Positions 1-10,130 of a stretch of DNA of 64,000 nucleotides are shown piece by piece. Origin of the DNA: Octopus sinensis (Eukaryota); NCBI RefSeq assembly GCF_006345805.1, contig NC_043009.1, positions 33,976,001 to 34,040,000 of the forward strand. The letters run 5' to 3'. Within the stretch, counting starts at the first letter, position 1. The number at the start of each line of letters is the position of its first letter. The notes under the pieces are model-generated. The model searched no databases and was not told the origin of the DNA. It worked only from the letters and a program-made list of their open reading frames with translations. The position numbers and the translations under genes were made by a program.

Positions 1-699
1 CCATCCCCCTCCACGTAAGCGGTTCTCTCAAAAGTTATGGAATGCCATCCAGTGTAGTATGATCTCAGATGAGATAGTGCACGAACTTGACCATCACCAT
101 CTTCCATGTTTCTGCTCAGCCTCTGAGCCTCACAGTGGAGCCAGGCTTAATGTGACACTCAGCCTGATAATGACTGTCTGAGCATGTTTCCCTAAGGCTT
201 AACCTCCAGATCTGTGAGCCTCATGAATACCACTGTGGATCCAGGCTCTACTGCTCATCAGGCTGAAAAAAAGCAAACTGTCAAAGTATCAGTCACTCTC
301 TGATAGGTTTATGATTGAGTTTGTGACAGTATAATCCTCCAGTGTTCTCTGCCCTGAAGAGGCAGAGATGGCTATCTGCAAATACAAGCCCCATGAATCA
401 GTATGACTGTTCCAGTGTATCTCCCTCACTGTCCTCTGGAGCAATGACTTTTCCATTTTGTCAACTGGGACCATGAGTCAGTGTTAATTAATATGAGAAA
501 TTCAATCAAAAATTAAGTCTAGTAGTTATAATATGTATAATTCATACTTCATTATACATCTCATTCATTCACTCAGATTACTTTTTATTTATCAGTGGCT
601 TAGTAAAGGCACCTTTGTAGATTCCAGTGTGATGGTAGAGAAACAATGTCAGTAAAGGCATAGGAGAGGGATGGGCAGTGACATAAAAAGAAAATGACA

Positions 700-1020
700 T
701 TCTGTTGGATACAAAGATGGGGATTCCAGTTGTTTCAATTAATGGAACAGCCTGCTTATGAAAATTAGTGTGCAAGTGGCTGAGCACTCCACAGACACAT
801 ACACCCTTAACAAAGTTCTCAGGGAGATTCAGTGTGATACAGAATATGACAAGGCTAGCCTTTTGAAGTATATGTGCTACTCATTTTTGCCAGCTGAGTG
901 AACAGCAACAACATGAAATAAAGTGTCTTGTTCAAGGATACTGTGAGCTACCAGAAATTGAACTCATAACATTATGATCATGAGCCGAACACCCTAACCA
1001 TTAAGTGATGTGCTTTCACA
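700..1020 (-). mobile_element. tRNA-derived CORE-type SINE, degenerate
   Basis: Minus strand reads a tRNA-like head (ttaatggttagggtgttcggctc...gagttcaatttc) followed by tccttgaacaagacactttatttcatgttg; the same body occurs at 50660-50915 and about 59900-60070. Confidence 0.7.
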
Positions 1021-1302
1021 AAAGCATAAAATGGGCTGAGGCACATGGTATAGGCACAGTATGATTATGGGCCCTATATGAGCAGAGAAAATGCATGGGT
1101 AAAGGCATTGTGTGGGCATCTTTTACTATAGCATCAAGTCACACCAAGTCATCAACCTGTAAGTGACTTGGATAGACAGAAATTGTCTGGAAGTCTGCTA
1201 GATTTAATGTATCTGTAATTCCAGGGTTCAGCTATATTACATATTGTTTTTACACTGATTGAGAGTGAGAATTATATTATACATGTATCTGAAGAATACT
1301 CC

Positions 1303-1392
1303 TCCTCTTCCTTCTCCTCCTCCTCCACCACCACCACCACCACATCATCATCACCACCACCACCATCATCATCATCAGCAGCAGCAGCAGCA
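1303..1392. repeat. Compound trinucleotide microsatellite (CCT/CAC/CAT/CAG)
   Basis: Directly visible runs. Confidence 0.95.
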
Positions 1393-1837
1393 TTGTTTTA
1401 ATGCTAACTTTTCCAATCTTTGAATGGATCAGACAGAATTCATTGAGGTAAATCTATCATCAGATGCTCTTCCTGTCACTGACCCTCACCTGTTTCCAAG
1501 CAAGGTTATATTTCCCCCATACATGGAAATGTTTACAAAGAAGATTGGAAACAAAAAAACACTGCTTGTATGATGGTGACAATTATTTACAACTATCACA
1601 TAATGTCAAGACAAGATTTGTGACAAGCAAATACAAACACATACATATATGTATAGAATGGATTTCTTTCATTTTCTGTTTAGTAAATCCATTTATGAGG
1701 CATTGGTTGGCTTGGGGATATAGTAGAAGACACTTCCTCAAAGTGCTGTGCAATGGGACTAAACTTAATAATGTGACTAAGAAACAAACTTCTTAGCCAT
1801 ACAGTCTATGCTGAGTATATTCTAACACATATATACA

Positions 1838-2225
1838 CATCATCATCATTGTTTAGCGTCCACTTTCCATGCAGCCATGGGTTGGACGGTTCAACTGGGG
1901 TCTGGGAAGCCAGAAGGCTGCACCAGGCCCAGTCTGATCTGGCAATGTTTCTACGGCTGGATGCCCTTCCTAACGCAAACCACTCCATGAGTGTAGTGGG
2001 TGCTTTTTACGTGCCACCGGCACAGGTGCCAGACGATGCTGGCAAATGGCCATGATCGGATGGTGCTTTTACGTGCCACCGGCATGGAAGCCAGGCGAAG
2101 CTGTCAACGGCCACGATCGGATGGTGCTTTTTACATGCCACCGGCATGGAGGCCAGTCAGGGCGGCGCTGGCAACGGCCACGTTCAGATGGTTCTCTTAT
2201 GTACCACCGGCACTGGTATCGCAGC
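1838..2225 (-). mobile_element. 5'-truncated RTE-type 3' region with (GAT)n tail and internal tandem units
   Basis: catcatcat tail, then ttccatgcagccatgggttggacgg, ggatgcccttcctaacgc and repeated gtgccaccggca units. Confidence 0.8.
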
Positions 2226-2699
2226 CGGCACAGAGTAAATAGTTTACTTGATTGATCAACAGAATATAGGTCAGTGAAACCAATGGAGGGTACCTTATTA
2301 TGATCATCAGTATCATCATTGATAGACACCACTAGCTGCAGAAATATATAAAGCTACAAAAGTGTTCTTTCTATTTGGTGGTGTGACAAAGACTTTTGAC
2401 AGGGAGCAACACATGAGATTACTAAGAATTAGTTCTTATTCAGCATTCCTGCCATCCTAGAATTGGCTTGTTCACATTAATACAAACTGGGAGGGAGGGG
2501 CACAATTTCTGTGGGTTGATGCTCTTCTATCCCCAATCATTTCATAGAGTGTATTGAATACATTTGGCACAAAAGAAATTTTCTGTAGTAAGACTACAAT
2601 GTTCACACAACCCTGAACCAGTTTTTCCTAGTCTACATTGAGGCTTGCATAGTTTATGTTTCATGCATATATATATATATATATATATATTGTGTCATC

Positions 2700-4620
2700 A
2701 CCATCATCATGAAACATCCAGAAATACCTGTGGCAGTCCTTCACCTCACCATCCACCACAGTCTTGTGTTGCTCTCTGTCAATGTCCTTCATGTCTCCAC
2801 CTACCACACCCATTGTCTTGCTACCCTTTGTAGTCCTTCACTTCACAACCTACCCTAGTCCTTTGTCTAGCTGTGTGTCAACCTTTTATCATCATATACA
2901 GCCATCCATTGTTCTGCTGCCTCTCACATCCTTTCATCTCACCACCTGGCATAATCTTCCTACATGCCTCTGTCCTTCATCTCATCACCCACCATAATAT
3001 TTTCTGTTGCTATTGCTCACAATCATTATTTATCTTAACACCTGCCCCAGTCCATTATTTTGCAACCTGTGAGAAGCCTACATCTTATCAACTACAGAAG
3101 CTTTTGATTTGCAATATGTAACAGACAGGAGAGCTGGCAGAAACGTTAGCACGCTGGGCGAAACGCATAGCTGTATTTCGTCTGCCGTTACGTTCTGAGT
3201 TCAAATTCCGCCGAGGTCGACTTTGCCTTTCATCCTTTTGGGGTCGATAAATTAAGTACCAGTTACGCACTGGGGTCGATGTAATCGACTTAATACGTTT
3301 GTCTGTCCTTGTTTGTCCCCCCTATGTTTAGCCCTTTGTGGTTAATAAAGAAACAAATATGTAACAGTCCTTTGTTTCACTACATGCTACAGCCCTGTGA
3401 CTTTCTATCACAATTCTTTATTTAACCTCCTACTACTTTCCATTGTTTTGCTACCTGTGGCAGTCCTTTGCACTGCTTAACACAGTCCACTGTCTTACCA
3501 CCTATCATAGTTCTTCATCTTACCCTCTTACCACAGTCCTTTGTGTTGCTACTTTCACAGTTCTTCATCTCACATTCTATTATTGTCTTTTACCTTGACA
3601 CCTGCTGTCCTTCATCAATAGCAATTACTATCATTGTCATCCATCTCATTACTTAACACATTCCTTTGTCTTGCTATGTATCACAGTCCTTCATCTCAAG
3701 GGACCTACTGCTGTCCCTTGTTTTGGGACCTGCCACAGGTCTCACTATACATCACAATCTTTTATCTTATTTTATCCCACCACCCACCTCAGTACATTGT
3801 CTTGCAGCCTATCACAATTCTTCATTTCTTTACCTACCGATTTTTTGCAGTCTTTGACATCAGCACTTACTGCTGTCCATTATCTTGCTGCCTACCACTT
3901 CACCTACTGTACTTCATTGCTTTGCTACATGTCACAGTCCTTCATCTCACCATCTACCTTAGTACTTTGGTTTTTCTGCCTCTCAAACCTCTTTATTTTA
4001 CCACTTAGTGTAGGCCATTGTCTTGCTACTTATTTCATTTCTTTACCTCAGTACTTTCAATACTCCTTTCTCTTGCTACCTGTCATAGTTCTTTATCTTA
4101 TCACCAACCACATTCTATTGATTTCCTCCAGCTGGATTCCTTCATCTCATCACCTATCACTGTCTTTTGTCTAACTCTTACAGTTCTACATTTTGTCACC
4201 TTCTATAGTCTTACATTTTGCTAACTGTTGCAGTTCTTCATCATCATTTCTTACAGCTCATTACAGTCTTTCATCTCACCACTTAACACAGTCCTTTGAC
4301 TCACCACCTGACAGAGTCTTGCATCTTTCCACCTAGTGTAGTTAATTTTTCTCATCACCTATCTGTCCTTCATCTCATCACCTTCACAATCTTTTGTCTC
4401 ACCACCTGCAACAATCCTTTGTCTTGCTACCTGTTATTGTCCTGTTATTGCTACCTTCTGCTACCTGTTATCATCCTTCATCTTGCTATCTTCCACAGCC
4501 CTTCATCTTACTACCTTTCACATCCCTTCATGTTGACAATTACTCCATTCTTTTGTCTTGCTACCTGTCACAGTCCTTCATTTTGCTATCTGTTGTATTC
4601 CTTCGATTTACTGCTAGTTG
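2700..4620. repeat. Degenerate CT-rich minisatellite (cagtccttcatctcaccacc / ttgtcttgctacct motifs)
   Basis: Many imperfect recurrences of the two motifs; explains the cluster of low-complexity ORFs here. Confidence 0.7.
3125..3355 (+). mobile_element. Full-length tRNA-derived SINE (Meta-like central domain)
   Basis: A box tggcagaaacgttagc, B box gagttcaaattcc, body gcctttcatccttttggggtcgataaattaagtaccag; 12-bp TSD aatatgtaacag at 3113-3124 and 3356-3367. Confidence 0.9.
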
Positions 4621-4623
4621 TAT

Positions 4624-4796
4624 CCTTCCTAACGCCAAAGGAAGGGCATTTGGCGTTAGGAAGGGCATTGGCGTTAGGAAGGGCATCCAGCCGTAGAAAC
4701 ACTGCCAGATTTGACTGGGCCTGATGAAGCCTTCTAGCTTCACAGACCCCAGTAGAACTGTCCAACCCATGCTAGCATGGAAAACGGACGCTAAAC

Positions 4797-4830
<34 letters not shown>
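4624..4830 (+). mobile_element. RTE-type 3' tail fragment with inverted and stuttered 5' junction
   Basis: ccttcctaacgccaa followed by repeated tggcgttaggaagggcat, the standard tail and (GAT)n. Confidence 0.8.
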
Positions 4831-6599
4831 TATCCCTTTTATCTCTAACATGTTCCTTTATCTCATTACATATTGCAGGCAATTTTTCAAAAGGTACTCA
4901 CAATGACAAAGAGGTAAAAAATTACCAACCTCATGTTTGGGACAGTTTTTTTTATTGACTACTTTACAGTTTGGACTGAGTTTTCCATTATCTTTACACC
5001 CACGCCTGAGAAGTTGTTTGAAAAACTAAAGACACCCTATATCTACTTTGTCCTTGTTCACCAGTACTAAGTAGACTGTCTTTTTCACAAGATTAAAGAA
5101 AACCTCCCTACTCTATTTTTTTCTTCTTATGGTGGCAGTGTTATGGTTGTGATGTTGAGAGGTTTATGGAGTTGGTGGTGTTAGTTAATGATGGTAACAT
5201 TAGTGCTTGTGTTGCTACTATGAGAGGTGGTGAAGTGGTGGTGATGATGTAAGGGTTGTAGTTATTAGCAGTGATATGGAGAGAAACCAGTAACAGAAGT
5301 AGTGGAGGGGTGGTGGTGTAGAAAAGGTGCTGTGAAGATAATGGTGTTGGTAGTGGAAATTGATGGTATAGAGAAGTGGTGGTGGTGGTAGTGGTGGTGG
5401 ACAGTAGATGCTGGTGGTAGAGTAGAGAAGGAAGAATGCTAAAGTAGGTTACCACTGATTAGTCAGTCAGATCTCTACTTCTCACAATAACAGAACAGGA
5501 TAGGTTATGTCTCAAGTGTTTATATCTTCATTACACACACACACACACATACACACACACACAATATGGAGAGGGAGTGGTGAAAGAGGAAAATAGTGTG
5601 ACCAGACGGTGGTGGTGGGAGAGTTGTGGTCAACTCCTACCTACCAACTCCTACTTTGATTCCATCAACATCTAGGATGTATTATAGGATTATTGATTTC
5701 AAATTTTGGCAAAAGTCCAGTAATTTTGGAGAAGGGTATGTCAATTACATCAACCTCGGTGCTCAACTGCTTCTTAGTTTATTGACCCAAAGTCAATCTT
5801 GGTGGAATTTCAACTCAGAATGCAAAGACAGGTGAAATACCCGCAAAGCATTTTGCCGCCTTACATTATAGCATTATTAAATGTATCTTGGTGATTTGAT
5901 TGGTACGTTTAATTCTATAAGGCAAAATCTCTTTTGCCAAACCACTAGGTTACAGGAACATAAACACACCAATACCAGTTGTCAAAAAGTGGTGAGAGAT
6001 GCACAAAGACACACATCATCATCATCATCATTGTTCGACCGTGGTCGAGACAATGGAATTTACTATGCTACGCCAGACTTCACGGTCCATCATGGCATTA
6101 CAGAGGTCCTGTTGCTGGATGCCTGTATCCCTGGAGATTACATCAGGGTAGGAGAGTGTGCGCCCTCTGGTATTGCGAGTAGATGGCAATACAAAGACAC
6201 ACACAAACAGAACACAGTATTGACTTATAAACTTAATATACTTGGTAGTATATTTTGGTTACTAAACAAAGTACAGCATCCCTAGCAGCAATTGATATGT
6301 ACATACAAGTTGCTAAGAACATGCTTAATATGTAAATTGGTCTATCCAATAGTGTTGCCCTGCTAAACATAGTGGCTATTTAAGCAATGTGTATGTATGT
6401 GGATGGTCAATGGGTTGGATGTGGTGCTGAAGAAGGAGTAAGAACTCCTGAAATATGCATATACAACGAGGTGCCTAAATGTAATCAGAAAAGTTCTCTG
6501 AAGGACAAGCCCTTTGTAGTTCAGGCTTCCAATGCTAAAAGTCACTTGATGCAACCCTCAGGCTGCAGTCTGCTGACTGGTAGAGAGAAGTCATCTTTT

Positions 6600-7333
6600 T
6601 GCGCAATGTTTTACCCCTGTATGTAGATTTTTGTGATGGCTGAAATGAAGGAACAGCATGCTTCCATGAAATTCTGTTTTCTGCAAGGGAAACAGCATCC
6701 GAAACAGTTGTCAAGCTTCAAACAGCTTACGAGGATGCTGCCATGAGCAAAACACAAATTTATAAGTGGTTTTAATGTTTTAGGGATGTTCATTTGTTGC
6801 TTGAAGAGGTGACCATTCAGGGTGACTACCGACCTCCCAAAAGTAGGAAAACATCATGAAAATTCATGAACTGATTTTGGAGGACTGTTACCAAACAATT
6901 GAGGATCTTGTTGATATGACTGGTGTGTCAACAAATTTTGAGTGAGGTATTGCGAATGACAAGAATTGCAAGAAAATTTGTACCTCATCTGCTCATGGAA
7001 GATCGAAAGCAGTTACTACTGAGTGCATGTCATGAACCGAAAGAACAGTTTGTAAGTTGATTCAGATCTTTTTGCAAAGGTCATCACTGGTGACAAAAGC
7101 TGGTACTACAGAATTTGCAGATGTAGGAGAGGTGAAGAAAAAAATGACAGAGGTGTTAAAAGGCATCACTTCACAGGAGTTCCAACACTGCTTCAAACAG
7201 TGGAAAATGCGTTTGGACTGATGCATTACATCAAATGGAGAATACTTTGAAGGCAATAAAAGTATAAACATGTAAAACTAAGTGGATAAAATAATACTGC
7301 AAAATTCCAGTTTCTTTTGAGTACCCCCTCATA
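6600..7333 (+). mobile_element. Internally deleted mariner transposon relic
   Basis: Broken frames give EQHASMKFCF..ETVVKLQTAYEDAAMSKTQIYKWF, RKFVPHLL, KVITGDKSW and FQHCFKQWKMRLD*CITSNGEYFEG; right TIR-like end ccccctca|TA at about 7333. Confidence 0.85.
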
Positions 7334-7504
7334 CACTCATTCCCTATTTTTCTATCTTTGATTGTATTGTTAACATAGATGTACTCATAAACTAAACCTC
7401 ATAATTTCAAGTGTTGGCTCTAAATTCTATAGAATATCTGTAGAGGTAAATTAAAAGTGACATATAATGTACTGTTCTGTGACAGAAAATTCAACATAAA
7501 AAGT

Positions 7505-8030
7505 TTTATTTATTTAAATGGCATAAAACATGTATTTAAGCACTATTAATAGTGTCTATGTTGAGAAAAACTCAATCATATTCTTCAGGCCCAAACCACA
7601 TGTTATAATGAACTAAAAAACTTGAATTATAAAAGAAATATGAAAAAAAAATGAGAAGGCAGCATATAGAAAATGCAGAAAGTAAACAACAGAAAATGAA
7701 AAATGAAAACATAAAAACTAAACTGTAAAAAATAAAAAGTAAAAAGGTAAAAGAGCTATCCTCCTTACCTGAAATGTTAAGGCTGAAAAGGTATGAAGTT
7801 AGGTGGAATTTTCCAATTCTTCAAAATATATTTATACATATGCTTGCAACTACTGAAAACGTCTGACCTAGAATTCAGTAGAGAGTTAGGGATCTTAGAT
7901 CTGACCTGGATCTGCACTCTTTCAGTTAAACAAAACCTACATGTATTCTATCCATTCATGTAAGGTATGAATTTCTTAATTACTTTCCATTTAATCATGT
8001 GGTGTTTCATTATCTTTCGAAGTCCATACA
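7505..8030 (-). mobile_element. Penelope-like element 3' fragment: GIY-YIG C-terminus plus pLTR-like 3' region
   Basis: Minus frame reads IKWKVIKKFIPYMNG*NTCRFCLTERVQIQVRSKIPNSLLNSRSDVFSSCKHMYKYILKNWK, matching the typical Penelope C-terminal pattern (W..I..PY...C.LCL.E...LLN.RSE...C.H); degenerate hammerhead downstream. Confidence 0.8.
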
Positions 8031-8120
8031 TAGATGAAAGAGCACAGATTCTGTTCAGATCTGAGATCCCTAACTCTCTATTGAACCCTTGGTCAGAAAT
8101 TTTCAGTGGTTGCATGCATA

Positions 8121-8485
8121 GGTACAGGAGTGGCTGTGTGGTAAGAAGCTTGCTTCCCAACCACATGGATCTGGGTTCAGTCCCACTGCATGGCACCTTG
8201 GGCAAAGGTCTTCTACAATAGCCTCAAGTCAACCAAAGCCTTGTGAGTGGATTAAGCCCATCATATATATATTTGTTATTTGTGTCTGTGTTTGCCCTCC
8301 CACCATCCACTTGACGACCGATGATAGGGTGTTTACATCCCTGTCACTTAGCGGTTCGGCAAAAAGAGACTATTAGAATAAGTACTAGGCTTACAAAGAA
8401 TAAGTCCTGGGGTCGATTTGTTCAACTAAAGGCAGTGCTCCAGCATGGCCGCAGTCAAATGACTGAAACAAGTAAAACAATAAAG
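8121..8485 (+). mobile_element. tRNA-derived CORE SINE
   Basis: ggagtggctgtgtggtaag head, ggttcagtccc B box, ggcaccttgggcaa core, tail gtcaaatgactgaaacaagtaaaa. Confidence 0.9.
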
Positions 8486-8675
8486 ATCATCTAAGGTCTA
8501 AGGAGAATAGCTCTTTTACCTTTTTACATTTAAAGTTTTATATTTTAGTTTTTGTTTTCATTTTCCGTTTTTTGTTTCCCCTTTTTTACTCCCTGTTTTC
8601 TATATGCTGCCTTCTCAGTTTTTTTGCATTTCTTCTATTATTCAAGTTTTTTTTAGTTTTGTTATGAAGTGGTTT

Positions 8676-8730
8676 GCACCTGAAGAATATGATTGAGTAT
8701 TTCTCAACATATGAAACTATTAGTAGCACT
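8676..8730 (+). ncRNA. Minimal hammerhead-ribozyme-like motif of Penelope type
   Basis: CTGAAGA (8680-8686), stem II ATATG/CATAT plus TTGAG/CTCAA, GAAA (8713-8716), palindromic ACTATTAGT as stem III, GTA triplet (8723-8725). Stem I is weak. Confidence 0.55.
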
Positions 8731-8767
8731 TAAATACATGTATTGTGCCCTTTAAATAAATACGTAT

Positions 8768-9565
8768 TTTGCATCTGACATAAATGCCTTCTTCATGCAT
8801 AATGTTCATTAAGGTTGTTCTCTCTGTTGGTGTGATAATGTGTTTTACCTCTTGTAGTAACATGCATTTGCATTTTTGCAGTTGGCTTAGTTCTGTTCAT
8901 ATTCTGTTCTTAGTGTTTAGGATTATCGTTCTTTTAAGACTAAAAAGAGCAATAATGCTAAACACTAAGAAGAGAAAAAATGCAAATGCAATGTTACAAC
9001 GGGAGGTAAAATACATCACCACACCAAAATCAAAATCAAAATTGATCAACATCAATGGAAATTGTAGCTGTGATACCAGTGCCGGTGGCACGTAAGAGAA
9101 CCATCTGAACGTGGCCGTTGCCAGCGCCGCCCCAACTGGCCTCCGTGCTGGTGGCACGTAAAAAGCACCATCCGATTGTGGCGTTTGCCAGCCTCACCTG
9201 GCCTCCATGCCAGTGGCACATAAAAAGCACCATTTGATCGTGGCCGTTGCCAGCCTCGCCTGGCCTCCGTGTCGGTGGCACGTAAAAAGTACCATCCGAT
9301 CGTGGCCGTCTGCCAGCCTCATCTGGCACATAAAAAGCACCCACTACACTCAAGGAGTGGTTGGTGTTAGGAAGGGCATCCAGCTGTAGAAACATTGTCA
9401 GATCAGACTGGGCCTGGTGCAGCCTTCTGGCTTCCCAGACCCCAGTTGAACCGTCCAACCCATGCTAGCATGGAAAGCGGACACTAAACGATGATGATGA
9501 CACCAACGGAGAGCAACCTTAATGAACATTATGCATGAAGAAACCATTTATGTCAGATGCAAATG
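8768..9565. repeat. Decayed palindrome centred near 8939, right arm split by a retroelement
   Basis: 8770-8938 pairs with 8940-9027 plus 9500-9565 (for example gtgtttaggattatcgttctttt versus aaaagagcaataatgctaaacac). Confidence 0.8.
9028..9499 (+). mobile_element. RTE-type 3' region with internal tandem units
   Basis: Several gtgccggtggcacgtaaaaagcacc units and a (GAT)n tail; 7-bp TSD acaccaa at 9021-9027 and 9500-9506. Confidence 0.85.
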
Positions 9566-9636
9566 CAATAAACACTTAAACAAGAAATTCACATGGATGA
9601 GGTATAAACAGCATATGTATATGTATATGTACATAT

Positions 9637-10130
9637 CAGTGGCGACTGTAGCCCTCGTGCTGTTCAGGCTTAGCCTGAGCATAAATTTAGTAAAGTGAAT
9701 GTGTATTCGCAAGCTGATTTAATTTCTGCCAATACTGACTTCAAGTATGTAATTGCAGTCAATAACTTAGGCTCCTTTTATTGAGCCTGGTCACAGTTCA
9801 TTTATTTTCGGTCATGGTCTGGCAGTCATCTTAGAGATGCCCTGTGTCAAAAATTATCATTCATCGCAGACATTCTCTTGACCTCGTTCACACATGCCTG
9901 ACTTGGGCTCAGAAGTTACAACCAAAGTTGTTATTTATAATTGTAAAAATTAAAAGTATTTCAAATTCAATGCTTTCTTGAAACAACAAATTATAGAGAT
10001 TTAAGATTTAGATTTCAATCTATGAAAAGTTTCCATTCTACAATATTCTTAAAGGAATGAAAAATTATTTAGCAACTCGGGCTAATAGGAATGAGCCTGG
10101 TAGGTGTAAAAGACTAACTGGCATCCATTG
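9637..10130 (+). repeat. Unclassified dispersed repeat starting CAGTGG (possible DNA-transposon end), copy 1
   Basis: Colinear over about 450 bp with 34209-34660. Confidence 0.65.

Larger units (their letters stand above)
8033..8765 (+). mobile_element. Second Penelope-like 3' fragment, head-to-head with the first and interrupted by a SINE
   Basis: 8035-8120 is the reverse complement of about 7840-7925 (DERAQILFRSEIPNSLLNPWSEIFSGCMH); 8498-8765 is the reverse complement of about 7505-7768. Confidence 0.8.

Noticed and set aside
1-480. Minus-strand ORF 289-474 and a ctgatgag motif near 255-262
   Set aside because: No recognisable domain, stops in all frames after the apparent acceptor, and no stem II or GAAA to complete a hammerhead.
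3125-3200. tRNA-like A and B boxes (also at 8121, 15200, 19471, 36811, 52168)
   Set aside because: They continue into SINE bodies and do not form full cloverleaves, so they are not tRNA genes.
7755-7800. Apparent minus-strand splice donor CAG|gtaagg
   Set aside because: It lies inside the Penelope-derived arm and the sister arm lacks it; no evidence of a host exon.
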